In this document: positions 48,253 to 57,568 of the stretch, in pieces
How the letters are laid out: the number at the start of each line of letters is the position of its first letter
Numbering within the stretch: position 1 is the stretch's first letter
Virus record (IMG/VR): IMGVR_UViG_3300040801_004793
Coordinates: 57,017-121,016 of that record
DNA length: 64,000 nt
Origin: a virus
Reading direction: 5' to 3' (one strand)
The notes under the pieces: model-generated
Database searches by the model: none
Seen by the model: the letters and a program-made list of their open reading frames with translations, nothing else
What the model was told of the DNA's origin: nothing
Made by a program: the position numbers and the translations under genes

Positions 48253-50972
48253 TTAAATAGATCTCTTAATGTTCGAACGCTATTAGCATTAACAACTGAT
48301 CTAGAAGGCTTGGAGAAATCTCTAATTGGGGTTTCTCCTTTTTTATGTTCTGATAATAGATTCGAGTTTGGCCTTTCTACCCGGTTGTTTAGATTTCCAT
48401 AAGATTGGTCAAGTAGTTGTCTTATATGATTCTCGTTAATTATCATTGAGGAGACATTAGATGCCTTATAAGCAAACCAGTTTAAAGCTTGAGACGTTGC
48501 ATCTACCGCGTCGTCATACTTTGCTTTAGGAAAGCTAACTAATTCATGTATATACTTTTCTACCCAGTCAAATAGATTGGTAGATGGAATATAAATGTTA
48601 CCCGCTTCAAAATCTACAGAGCAAGCAGAAAGTCTTACTGTTTTATCTCCCCCGCCTATTTCTCTAGGTTCAATTCCAATTAAACCGGGAATTTCTTTTT
48701 TTAGAACATCTAGAGCTGCTCGGCCATTAGCTTTATCCTCTACAAGAACACTGCGGGTCATAGGCCACTTAGCTCTTAGATTGCGAATAGCTTGAATCTG
48801 ATTTGTAAAAACCCATTTACCAGAAACTTGATCTAGTAGAAACTTGTCTGTTCCTTTTTTACCCCACACTTGTCCACAGGTGTAATCTCCAGTATCCCCA
48901 AAAGAAAGATCCCAGGATTGAATTACCATATCGAAATTTCTAAGAGTATGTATATTAAAGGGAACTGCGTAGTGTTTAATCCAGTCTCTTTTTATAATTC
49001 CACCTTCTTTAGCAGCAGGCCTTTGTTGGTACTGTGCAGCATAACCATAGCTACCTAATTCCCTTTTAAGTCTTTTAACTTCATACTCGGGAAATCTTTC
49101 AGGCCATAAAATCTCGCCTTCTTTTTGCCGTGGATCTTTCCATCCTATACTAGTGAAGTATTTTACAGGTTCATATTCCATTGGTAGAGAAACAACTTCC
49201 CAACTCTCACTATCGTTCTCTCGAATAAAACCAATCAAGTCTTCATCGGATAATCTTTGGTGCATAACTACTCTACGGCTGTCAGGGGAATTTTTACGAG
49301 AAGTCATTGTTCCTGTCCACCACTCAATTACGGCTTGAATTGCAGGTTTCGAGTTTATTTCTTTTGGTTTGTGAGGGTCATCTACAATAAGAATGTCATA
49401 GCCCTCACCAACGGCTCGGCCTGAGATAGAAGTTGCAATACGATAGCCGTTGGATGTGTTCTCATATTTACTCTTTTGATTTGAACCTGGTTTGAGTGCA
49501 ACAAGTTTACCCCAATTTTTTTGAAACCAAGGAGACTCTATTAGCTGTCTACTCTTCACCGAGTCTCTTACAGCTAGAGAATCTCCATGAGCACAGGTAA
49601 TAAACTTTAGTGCAGGTTTCTGTATCCAGCTCCACACAGGAAAAGCAATGTTGATAATAGAACTGTTATGAGTAGGTATGAGATTTTTTCCGCAGAGATA
49701 CATTCCGTCTTCTGCTTCTACTGTGATACAGTTTCCAATTTCCCAGTCTTCTTCGGGAAGGTATTCAATTTTCTTAAAACCAATTTTAGGCTGAAGACAT
49801 AAACGAGATATTTTCTTTCGTGGTATAGCTGTTGGAAAAGGAATTGTTGGTTGGAAAGCTAGAGTGTAGACTTTTAGTTTTCCTTGAATGTTCCAGTTTC
49901 CGTAGTTATTTATAGAAGGTTCTGCTTCATAGATATGCGGTCTTTGTCCTAGAGACAGAAGAATCTCATAGGCTCCCTCTATGATTTGCCAGTTAGTATT
50001 TACAATGCGTACTCTATCTCTTGCCCCTACATGACCATCAGAATCAATGAGTCCAGCTATTAATTCACATCTCTGTTCTATAGAAGAATGAATATAAATT
50101 TCTGGTATGTGTTTGTTTCCCCAAACATTTAGCTCTTTAAGTTTTCGCGGTAGATCCTGATGTCCGAAGTAACTATCTATTGCATCAACCCCTTTGTTTT
50201 GATTCGAAGTTACGGAGAAACCTAACTCGGCTAATCTTTCTATAGACTGAAGATCAGCTGCGTGGTGTGTAATTCTAGGAGCTTTGCTATGTCCGTCTCC
50301 TAGCCATAGACCTAAAAAGTAAGGATGAAGAGGAAGATTTGCAGAGGGTTTTTCTAGAGCACTAATGTTAGGTAATTGGAATCTACTTCTATCTTGATTA
50401 GACTGATTCCATAAATCTATTAGTGTTTTAGTATCATAATTTTTTACGGTGTTTCTATGTCTGTATCTATCATATACAGCCCAAATATGATCTTCATTAC
50501 ACTTAATAGATTCTCCATTGGTAAAGGTAATTAGAATATTGGCAACATCATTCGGGTGTCTACTAATTACTTTTGTGGTGTTTCCTGAAGAGTGATAAAC
50601 TAAGTCTCCTTCTTTTAGTTGACCATGTGTAGTCCAGCCTTGAGGAGTTAGTATAGGTGTGCTACTAGCTAATAGTTTAGAGTGTCTAGGTGGACATTCA
50701 AAAATAATGTTTTGTATGTCTCCATGAAAGACAGCTTCTAGATGTTCGCAGATACATTGAAGATGCCAGTTACCTAAAAAAGGAACCGTTTCAAAAACAT
50801 CCCAGGAGTTTTGATAGAAATGGTATAGACTTTTTTGACTGTTTTCTACGGCTTCTTCTGTAAGCATACTTTGAAGTAAAGAAGAAGTTTCTTCATACTC
50901 TTCCATTAGTGTTTGAAGTTGAAGTTGTAAGTCTAATGCAGCCTTTGTAAGGGAAGGGTCTGAAAAGTTCAT
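48249..50972 (-). CDS. terL: Terminase large subunit, intein-containing
   Basis: PPRHSK|S Walker A, G.G.DILIVDDP Walker B, QR...DL.G, AQYQQ.P, SWD, VEDKANG and FP....DD.VDA.SQAL. Confidence 0.95.
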   Translation of the reverse strand: MNFSDPSLTKAALDLQLQLQTLMEEYEETSSLLQSMLTEEAVENSQKSLYHFYQNSWDVFETVPFLGNWHLQCICEHLEAVFHGDIQNIIFECPPRHSKLLASSTPILTPQGWTTHGQLKEGDLVYHSSGNTTKVISRHPNDVANILITFTNGESIKCNEDHIWAVYDRYRHRNTVKNYDTKTLIDLWNQSNQDRSRFQLPNISALEKPSANLPLHPYFLGLWLGDGHSKAPRITHHAADLQSIERLAELGFSVTSNQNKGVDAIDSYFGHQDLPRKLKELNVWGNKHIPEIYIHSSIEQRCELIAGLIDSDGHVGARDRVRIVNTNWQIIEGAYEILLSLGQRPHIYEAEPSINNYGNWNIQGKLKVYTLAFQPTIPFPTAIPRKKISRLCLQPKIGFKKIEYLPEEDWEIGNCITVEAEDGMYLCGKNLIPTHNSSIINIAFPVWSWIQKPALKFITCAHGDSLAVRDSVKSRQLIESPWFQKNWGKLVALKPGSNQKSKYENTSNGYRIATSISGRAVGEGYDILIVDDPHKPKEINSKPAIQAVIEWWTGTMTSRKNSPDSRRVVMHQRLSDEDLIGFIRENDSESWEVVSLPMEYEPVKYFTSIGWKDPRQKEGEILWPERFPEYEVKRLKRELGSYGYAAQYQQRPAAKEGGIIKRDWIKHYAVPFNIHTLRNFDMVIQSWDLSFGDTGDYTCGQVWGKKGTDKFLLDQVSGKWVFTNQIQAIRNLRAKWPMTRSVLVEDKANGRAALDVLKKEIPGLIGIEPREIGGGDKTVRLSACSVDFEAGNIYIPSTNLFDWVEKYIHELVSFPKAKYDDAVDATSQALNWFAYKASNVSSMIINENHIRQLLDQSYGNLNNRVERPNSNLLSEHKKGETPIRDFSKPSRSVVNANSVRTLRDLFN
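49665..50675 (-). mobile_element. Intein (337 aa) with LAGLIDADG homing endonuclease, class-3 signature
   Basis: Starts LLASSTPILTPQGW, ends IPTHN|S. LGLWLGDG and IAGLIDSDG motifs; DHIW / NCITV / PTHN. Confidence 0.9.
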
Positions 50973-51020
50973 GGGGTTATATTTGCTAGAATAAGAATGA
51001 ATTTATTCTTATAATAACAG

Positions 51021-53195
51021 ATGTCCCCTAATCCATTACAAAATACAAATCTTGGTTCTGAATTAGTGAAGTATTTACCTTTTCCTCTCTTTGTAAAAAA
51101 CGTAAAAGGTAAATACGTTTACTTAAATCCTATACTTTTGGAACAAGCGAATAAAAATCTTAAGGATTTCCTAGATAGAGGAGATGAAGCTTTAGATAGA
51201 GACTCTCTGAGATGGTTAGCAAATGATCTTCGAGTCTTAGAAACAGAAGAGAGTATTCAAAAAGACTTTATCATTAAAGGTAAAAGCTATACAGTTATTA
51301 AGTTTGCTTTTAGAGATAGAAATGGTGATAAGTTTTTAGCTGGTTTTGCCATTGATCATAGTGATTCAGTAAAAGCTTTACATCAGCTTTCTATTTTTAA
51401 GAAGATCATTTTTTCTATGCATGATAGTTTAATGGTAGTCACTAATAGAAAAAATGGTAACTATCCTATATCTTATATAAACAAGTCCTTTACAGAGCTA
51501 ACACATTATAACTTCTCGGATATTCATCGAAAGTCTTACACTCTATTACAGGGGATAGATACAGATTCTTCTGTAATAGCAAATATAAATAGAACTCTTC
51601 TTTCTGAGATTGATGGTAGTTTTGTTTGTCAGTTGTACAGAAAGGATCGTACCTCTTTTTGGGCTCATTTAAAGATACTTCCTATTTATATAGATAGTAC
51701 GGATAAAGTGGGTTTTTTTGTTTTTCTGATAAGAGATATTAGTGAGGTTTTAGGTAAGAGAGAAGCTTTAGAAGCTAGTGAGAGAAGATACTCCAGTATT
51801 GTAGAAGATCAAACAGATTTAGTTTGTAGGTTTAGTTCTACGGGTTCTCTCACTTACTGTAATAGAGCTTTTAAAGATTTCTTTGGTTTAAAAGAGGATT
51901 CTACTGAATCTTTAAATTTTTATGATCTACTTAGTAAGGAAAGTCAAGAAACTATTGATGTATTAAAGAACAGCATTGACTTTCATACACCCGTAGTAAC
52001 ACATACACAAAAGACTTCTAATAAAGTAATTTCTTGGGTAATTAAGGGTCTGTATCATACCAAAAGTCAGAAGTTATTTGAGTATCAATGTATTGGTAGA
52101 GATATTACAGATTTACAGGAAACTCAACTAGCTTTAAGTAGCTTTGAAGAAAAGTATAAATCTATTTATCATAATACTCCTGCTCTATTACAGAGTCTTG
52201 ATGAGAATGGAATTATTGAAAAAGTGTCCAATCACTGGTTAAAGGTGTTGGGATATGAGTATCACGATGTTGTGGGTAAGAGTTTCTCTATCTTTTTAGA
52301 TGCTGAAAGTAGGCATAAGTTTAATAACGAAATTTGGCCTACTTATAAAAGAGAAGGTGAATGTCTTAATGTGGAATTGAGGGTATTAGATAAACATAGT
52401 AAATTACGTACTTTTCTAGTTTCCTTTGTACATAATGGAGAACTCGGTACGGTTACTAGTGTTTTATCTGATATTGATGAATTGCAAGAGACTAAGAATC
52501 GTTTGATAAAGAGCCAAAAACAATTTTCTACTCTGTTTTATAACAGTTATAGTTTATTAGTTTTATTAGATAGCTCAGGTAAGATACGAGATCTAAATAA
52601 TAGATTTTCTAGTGTATTTGGTGTAGAAAAAAAATCGGTATTACATACGATTTTGTGGGAAGCCTTTTGGTTAAAGTTGAATGAACAAAATCGAGAGTCT
52701 CTAGAAAAAAACTTTAAATACTCTGTAGCTGTAGAAAACGAACCTCAAACTTTTGAATTAGAGACTACGAATAAAGATGGTAGAGATCTTGTTTTAGATG
52801 TCACAATTAAGTCTATACGAGATCATTCGGGTAATGTTAGTTATGTCATATTTGAAGCTCGTGATATAACTTCTACTAAATTAAAGAATAAATCTTTAGA
52901 GAGTCACGCTAAGTTAGGTAAGGCTTTAGAAAATAAATTTCAAGTTTCAAAAAGAAAAGACTATGCTTCTTTAAATGAAGAGCAGATGGAAGAGCTTCTA
53001 CAAAACATCCTTACAAATAAAGCTCGTAGATTAATAGGTATACTTTGGCAAAGCATACCTAAAAAGAACGTTATTCTATTTCTAGGTCTTGTTTTAGCAG
53101 GTAGTCTTTTAGGTAATGGTCTGGTAAATGATATATACCAAGTGATTACTAATCCTATCTCAGTCTTTGAGAGAAACGTGGAACCTAAGAATTAG
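51021..53195 (+). CDS. Multi-PAS/PAC sensor-like protein with C-terminal hydrophobic helix and no output domain
   Basis: About five PAS repeats ending DHS/RDIS/RDIT/SDID/RDIT; C-terminal NVILFLGLVLAGSLLGNGLV. Confidence 0.85.
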   Translation: MSPNPLQNTNLGSELVKYLPFPLFVKNVKGKYVYLNPILLEQANKNLKDFLDRGDEALDRDSLRWLANDLRVLETEESIQKDFIIKGKSYTVIKFAFRDRNGDKFLAGFAIDHSDSVKALHQLSIFKKIIFSMHDSLMVVTNRKNGNYPISYINKSFTELTHYNFSDIHRKSYTLLQGIDTDSSVIANINRTLLSEIDGSFVCQLYRKDRTSFWAHLKILPIYIDSTDKVGFFVFLIRDISEVLGKREALEASERRYSSIVEDQTDLVCRFSSTGSLTYCNRAFKDFFGLKEDSTESLNFYDLLSKESQETIDVLKNSIDFHTPVVTHTQKTSNKVISWVIKGLYHTKSQKLFEYQCIGRDITDLQETQLALSSFEEKYKSIYHNTPALLQSLDENGIIEKVSNHWLKVLGYEYHDVVGKSFSIFLDAESRHKFNNEIWPTYKREGECLNVELRVLDKHSKLRTFLVSFVHNGELGTVTSVLSDIDELQETKNRLIKSQKQFSTLFYNSYSLLVLLDSSGKIRDLNNRFSSVFGVEKKSVLHTILWEAFWLKLNEQNRESLEKNFKYSVAVENEPQTFELETTNKDGRDLVLDVTIKSIRDHSGNVSYVIFEARDITSTKLKNKSLESHAKLGKALENKFQVSKRKDYASLNEEQMEELLQNILTNKARRLIGILWQSIPKKNVILFLGLVLAGSLLGNGLVNDIYQVITNPISVFERNVEPKN

Positions 53196-53859
53196 ACTTA
53201 ATTTCTTCTAATTGTTTTTTAATAACTTCTATATTCTTAGCGTTTTGTTCTCTTTTTTCAATAAGTTTAGAGATACGCTTTTCTCTTTGAAGGGCCTCTT
53301 CTGGATCATTAGAGTTGCCAATAAAGATCTCTTCAGCCAGAGACTTGTAAGCTTCAGCATCTCCATGTAGAGGTTCTCCTACGGTACGCCTAACAAGAAT
53401 TTGAGCTTTATCGAGAGTCTCTACTAGACTTTTAAGTTCATGAACTTTGATTGCTGGTAGAGACTCCCTATCTTCTTCTGATAGATCACGAATAGACACT
53501 GTTCCATCTGGATTAGACTCAAGAATATCGTACTGGTCAAAGAAAGCTTCTATAAGCCGATACATCTTTTTCATAGCAATGATCGTCATAGCGTCAAAAT
53601 GAGCGCTATCGGATATGTAACTATGTAGTGTGTTTTGAGCTGTCTTTTCTTTTAGTTTGGCTTGTAGGGCCTCACGTCTACTACTCCAACGCTCTTTCTG
53701 GCCTTTCTTACGTAGGTAGTCTAAATTCATACCATACTTCTTGTGAAGATCCTCATATGTGGGATACCAGTGTTTCTTGGTAAACGTTTCGGGATCTGTC
53801 ACAAAATAGCCAGTGATGTATTCGGTTGCTATCTGTTCCCAGGGATATTTCTCGTTCAT
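53185..53859 (-). CDS. Putative terminase small subunit
   Basis: W..I..EYI.G, DL..KYG, LR....KE.W...R HTH-type N-terminus; helical C-terminus; upstream of terL. Confidence 0.6.
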   Translation of the reverse strand: MNEKYPWEQIATEYITGYFVTDPETFTKKHWYPTYEDLHKKYGMNLDYLRKKGQKERWSSRREALQAKLKEKTAQNTLHSYISDSAHFDAMTIIAMKKMYRLIEAFFDQYDILESNPDGTVSIRDLSEEDRESLPAIKVHELKSLVETLDKAQILVRRTVGEPLHGDAEAYKSLAEEIFIGNSNDPEEALQREKRISKLIEKREQNAKNIEVIKKQLEEIKSNS

Positions 53860-53868
53860 AGATAGGGT

Positions 53869-54249
53869 TTATGGGTGATCTACTAATGTAGTGTATTTGA
53901 CGTTGTGTGGTAGGTAAGAAGGGTCACGTACGATAAAAGTAGTGTCTAAATCACATATAGAAGCATAGTCTTCTAGAGTAGTTTGTAATAGACGTGTTTC
54001 TGTCTCTCCTTTAGGTGAGAGGAGGTAAACGTGTTTTCCTAAGTCGAGAAGATGTAAAGCTGAGATTAGTAATTCTGTAGTACGTCCAGTTTGGGAAAAG
54101 ACATCTTCAGAATTAATGGGCTTCGCGTTATTTCGACTTTTGAGAATCATCAACATTTGACAAGGGTTTGACCACTTTGATCTGCGATTGATATAGACGT
54201 TGTGTGGCATCAAACCTAATTTTCTTCTAAACGTAGCTGTGTTATCCAT
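53869..54249 (-). CDS. hypothetical protein
   Basis: 126 aa; YINRRSKWSNP resembles the DUF4326 start; SQTGRTT is a degenerate P-loop-like stretch. Confidence 0.5.
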   Translation of the reverse strand: MDNTATFRRKLGLMPHNVYINRRSKWSNPCQMLMILKSRNNAKPINSEDVFSQTGRTTELLISALHLLDLGKHVYLLSPKGETETRLLQTTLEDYASICDLDTTFIVRDPSYLPHNVKYTTLVDHP

Positions 54250-54492
54250 TAGGATGTGGTCCTTAATTTAAGGTGTACTTAAACATTCTAACATGATGAA
54301 AAAATGTATCACAGTGGTATAGGGTGACTTGTGTAGGGTAGTGATAGCAGGTAGTGAGGTAGTGAGAGAGAGCAGTATAAGAAGGGTAGGGTAGGAAGAA
54401 GGCTAGTTTTGGTAAATGGTGGAGAGAATGGTTTGTAGTCATAGAACACCCTCCATCCCATATACCGCAAGCGATCCAGCCATTTTTCGCGG

Positions 54493-54501
54493 TGTTATAC
54501 T
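54493..54501 (+). promoter_or_regulatory. Extended -10 promoter at the start of the GC-rich gene array
   Basis: TGTTATACT; no clear -35. Confidence 0.5.
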
Positions 54502-54656
54502 GTGTTCAACAGGGAGAGAAATATCCCGCTCGGTTGAGACCTATCGGTTTCCTGAGTCCCGAATAGTAAACCGCCTATATAGAGGGAAGGAACCTCTATC
54601 GGCAAACTACTATAAAGGACTCAGGAAATCCAAACCACATAATTGAGGATCAAATC

Positions 54657-55508
54657 ATGACAACTTCAATGTTAGCGCTCCGTAAAACGGAGCTTAACCC
54701 CGATATGGTTGCCGCCTTTAACGAAGGCAAGCTGATTGGCTACGCTACCACCGCTAGCGGCAATTTTAAGGGTGCTGCCGTGGGGAAGTTACACCGGGCA
54801 CTTAATAGCACGCTACCCCAAAGGGTCAAGCCGTTTAGTCACAGTGTCAACTGTGACACCCTCCCGGTGTCCTTGAGTGCTGGGGTGTCGTATCGCCTCG
54901 CCCTGGAATTTAAGGTGGAATCTGTCAGCGATACAAGCGAGGGCGCGGGCTTTAGCTTTAGCCTCCTCTATCGGCCTAATCAGGCTAAAGATCAGGGTAC
55001 CCTAGTGCGGGAACTCACCCGCCATGGTTATCCCGTTGAGGGTACCTTGAAAGTCTCCGTTTCCAATCTTGATAGTCCGTTCCCGAATTATTCGGCTCAG
55101 CTATCCGACACGGAATCGGTCGATAATACGTCGGAAACTAAGTTGGCACAATGGGTCAAAGTCCTGACCCCCATGGCAGAAAAGATCTACGATAAGGCGC
55201 TAGGGGTGACCCTAGCGCTCCCCTTAATGGAGTTCTATCTCGGGGGAACCATGTCTCTCAAAACCGTGTCTAAACTGGCATGGTCCGTATTCGTAGCGCG
55301 GTATAGCCGCGAAAGCCCTAATATTTTCCTAACTACGGAGGCCGCATATACAATGTGTTCCCTGCTAGGACGATTCCTAGCTACGTCCCCTTACTCTAGC
55401 GTCGAGCCTACACGGGCTCTCGTTAGTACCCTAGAAGTCGATTGGGACTTCCTCACAAAATACAGCTATTCGTTGGATGAAAATACGGACGAATTCGAGG
55501 TAATGTAA
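54657..55508 (+). CDS. hypothetical (putative early) protein
   Basis: 283-aa ORF with GAGG RBS. Confidence 0.7.
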   Translation: MTTSMLALRKTELNPDMVAAFNEGKLIGYATTASGNFKGAAVGKLHRALNSTLPQRVKPFSHSVNCDTLPVSLSAGVSYRLALEFKVESVSDTSEGAGFSFSLLYRPNQAKDQGTLVRELTRHGYPVEGTLKVSVSNLDSPFPNYSAQLSDTESVDNTSETKLAQWVKVLTPMAEKIYDKALGVTLALPLMEFYLGGTMSLKTVSKLAWSVFVARYSRESPNIFLTTEAAYTMCSLLGRFLATSPYSSVEPTRALVSTLEVDWDFLTKYSYSLDENTDEFEVM

Positions 55509-55583
55509 TCTATACCGGGGGGGTTACTAACCCGGTAAAACCACAGTAACCATAACTAAGTAGAGTGTAGGGGGGAGGCTACG

Positions 55584-56276
55584 ATGGACCCGATTCATTT
55601 TAATCACTTAAGCTGTGAACAAATCACAGCAGCTACAGACCGAATTGTGGTCTATCGCAGCACCGCTAAGGTGGAATGGCTTGAACTTCATGCCGTACGG
55701 TCCCCCTATGGGGATGTTACAGGGTGGACCGTCACTAGACACAAATCCTGTGCTTTGACTCTGGAGACCGATAGTACCGGAATCCATAAAGGGTATGGCG
55801 AGGAGCCTACCTTAGATCATCGGGGTTACCTGACCCATAGTGCCAATATAGGAACCATTAAGGATGGGTTCCCGTTTGAACCATCATCCGACTATTTTTC
55901 CTTCTCCGATCGGGAAAATGCCTGGATTCCCGGTTGCCTTGGCAGAGCCCGGTCTGCCTTAGCTGAAGGCACCCTGTTTATAGCCGTCGAAGGCCATGGG
56001 GCTATGATCGGCTCCGTAGCCTATCAGTATCTCACGGGCATGATGCCCAAAGGGTCCGAGTCCATAGCCTTAACCCGTGCTATCGGGAAGGCACGTAAGC
56101 TAGAGCCTATTCCCGGCTCCGTAGACTGCCCTCTATACCACTATCGGGGTAGGGTAGCTACCGGCTCCAAGATCCCGAAACGGGATCTGCTAATCTATAA
56201 GCTGGCTCAGGATGAGTCGGTCTGGGGATTTTATATTCCCCAGGGAATAAATTTTGCCCGCAAGCGTAGGCGTTAA
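55584..56276 (+). CDS. hypothetical (putative early) protein
   Basis: 230-aa ORF with GGAGG RBS. Confidence 0.7.
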   Translation: MDPIHFNHLSCEQITAATDRIVVYRSTAKVEWLELHAVRSPYGDVTGWTVTRHKSCALTLETDSTGIHKGYGEEPTLDHRGYLTHSANIGTIKDGFPFEPSSDYFSFSDRENAWIPGCLGRARSALAEGTLFIAVEGHGAMIGSVAYQYLTGMMPKGSESIALTRAIGKARKLEPIPGSVDCPLYHYRGRVATGSKIPKRDLLIYKLAQDESVWGFYIPQGINFARKRRR

Positions 56277-56305
56277 CGCTGCGGGATCGTATTCTATATT
56301 TTTTC

Positions 56306-56333
56306 CCGAAGGAATTTCTTCGGTATTTTTTTT
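56306..56333 (+). terminator. Intrinsic terminator
   Basis: CCGAAG-gaattt-CTTCGG followed by TATTTTTTTT. Confidence 0.7.
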
Positions 56334-56412
56334 GTCTCTGAAAGTCTGCATTTTTATGTAGGCTCTTTTTTTGTACCCTTTTAGGGGGTGTCAAAAAAAC
56401 TGAGAGAGACAC

Positions 56413-56509
56413 GGGTTAAGAAATTCTCCCTGGTGACAGTACCTAAAAATTTCTTTTCGTAACACACTTTTGGGCTGGCATCCCGATATCACTGCTAGGA
56501 GAAACCATG
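56413..56509 (+). repeat. About 95-bp leader repeat, copy 1
   Basis: Highly similar to 63465-63558; 25-nt identical core agtacctaaaaatttcttttcgtaa. Confidence 0.9.
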
Positions 56510-56761
56510 GAATCTAACACCACGTTCAAGAAAGTTGTCGGTGAAGGGAAAGGGGGGTGGATCCCCTACTCCACCCTGTCCTGCAACGGACAAACCCGGG
56601 AGGGTGCCCAACTGTGGGTACCCATATCACAGTACGGGAGGGACTACTGGGATCTTACCCAGGCCCTCGACTACGGGGGAGTCCTCCTTTCGGAGGAGGA
56701 CACCATGGCGGCCCTAGCCGTTGGGGAGGGTTCCCCAGTCACAGGGGGTAACCTGTATTAG
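56507..56761 (+). CDS. hypothetical protein
   Basis: AGGAG RBS within the leader repeat. Confidence 0.65.
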   Translation: MESNTTFKKVVGEGKGGWIPYSTLSCNGQTREGAQLWVPISQYGRDYWDLTQALDYGGVLLSEEDTMAALAVGEGSPVTGGNLY

Positions 56762-56835
56762 ACCCCCAAACACAACTAGGGGTACTGTTCACGAGAGCAC
56801 GGCAGTACCCACACCTCACACACTGTAAAACATAC

Positions 56836-56863
56836 TAGGGGAGCGCCCCATACAGCGCAGGAG
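56836..56863 (+). promoter_or_regulatory. Start-associated pseudoknot/RBS element
   Basis: taggggagcgccccatacagcgcaggag. Confidence 0.8.
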
Positions 56864-56868
56864 AAATC

Positions 56869-57504
56869 ATGGGTTGGTTAATGCAGCGATCTGTTACTGT
56901 CGATGGGTTGAAAGTGGAGCTAGATTCCGTCAACTCGACGGATATAGAGGGAGGGACAGCACCTCCCCAGCCAAAGGTTTTCGTAGTAGAAGCACCCCTC
57001 CCCATGGGGCTAAATGACCACAAAGGATTTATTCTCTGCAAGGTAGGAGATGAATTACTATACTCCTACGGCCCCCGCCGGGAGGTGATAGAAGTGGTCG
57101 CCTTTGCATTTGAAGGTGACTGCCAGTGGACTCCCGTTGACGTTTGGAAGAAGCGCTGGGATCTTGCTAGATTCGTGGTCCCTTTGGGCCATGAATATTT
57201 TGAAGACGAGGAGTACGGAGAGTGGGTCCAAGGCGACTACAAGGGGATTGAGTTTATCCCCTCACCCGAAAAGGAGGGAAGACGTGCACGATATGTTCGA
57301 TGGGTCTGCACGGGATACCGTCAGGACGAAGGGTACTGGTGCCCTTGGGATGAAGCAGGGGCACACCCTTGCCAATGGGAAGACGTTGTTGCCCTGGTTG
57401 CGGACAAAAGGGGCGGGAAGCATCCCTTCGCTATCGCGGAGGCAGTGACAGTCCTCCCTGAGGGAGACTGCACGTTTTTGGAGGGAGTTGAGGCCGTCGC
57501 TTGA
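56869..57504 (+). CDS. hypothetical protein
   Basis: 211 aa, preceded by the element. Confidence 0.7.
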   Translation: MGWLMQRSVTVDGLKVELDSVNSTDIEGGTAPPQPKVFVVEAPLPMGLNDHKGFILCKVGDELLYSYGPRREVIEVVAFAFEGDCQWTPVDVWKKRWDLARFVVPLGHEYFEDEEYGEWVQGDYKGIEFIPSPEKEGRRARYVRWVCTGYRQDEGYWCPWDEAGAHPCQWEDVVALVADKRGGKHPFAIAEAVTVLPEGDCTFLEGVEAVA

Positions 57505-57568
57505 CCCTTTTTCACTAACCCCACACCCCCGCCCTGGCTCACTACCGGGGCACCTCACACATAAACTT

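Noticed and set aside
51390-51745. Functional LOV blue-light photoreceptor
   Set aside because: Lacks the adduct-forming Cys and the GRNCRFLQ motif; called LOV-like only.
1-54000. Apparent abundance of CTAG/TCTAGA
   Set aside because: Plausibly explained by CTA/TCT/AGA codon preference; cannot be quantified without computation.
54320-54395. G-quadruplex
   Set aside because: Four GGG runs exist, but one loop is over 40 nt; not compelling.
54416-54646. 76-aa ORF
   Set aside because: It spans the putative promoter and structured leader; more likely non-coding.
56413-56470. Leader repeat as an HDV-like, twister or pistol ribozyme
   Set aside because: It has a CUAA before the closing strand, but no P3/L3 for an HDV fold and no twister or pistol loop consensus; no known class fits.
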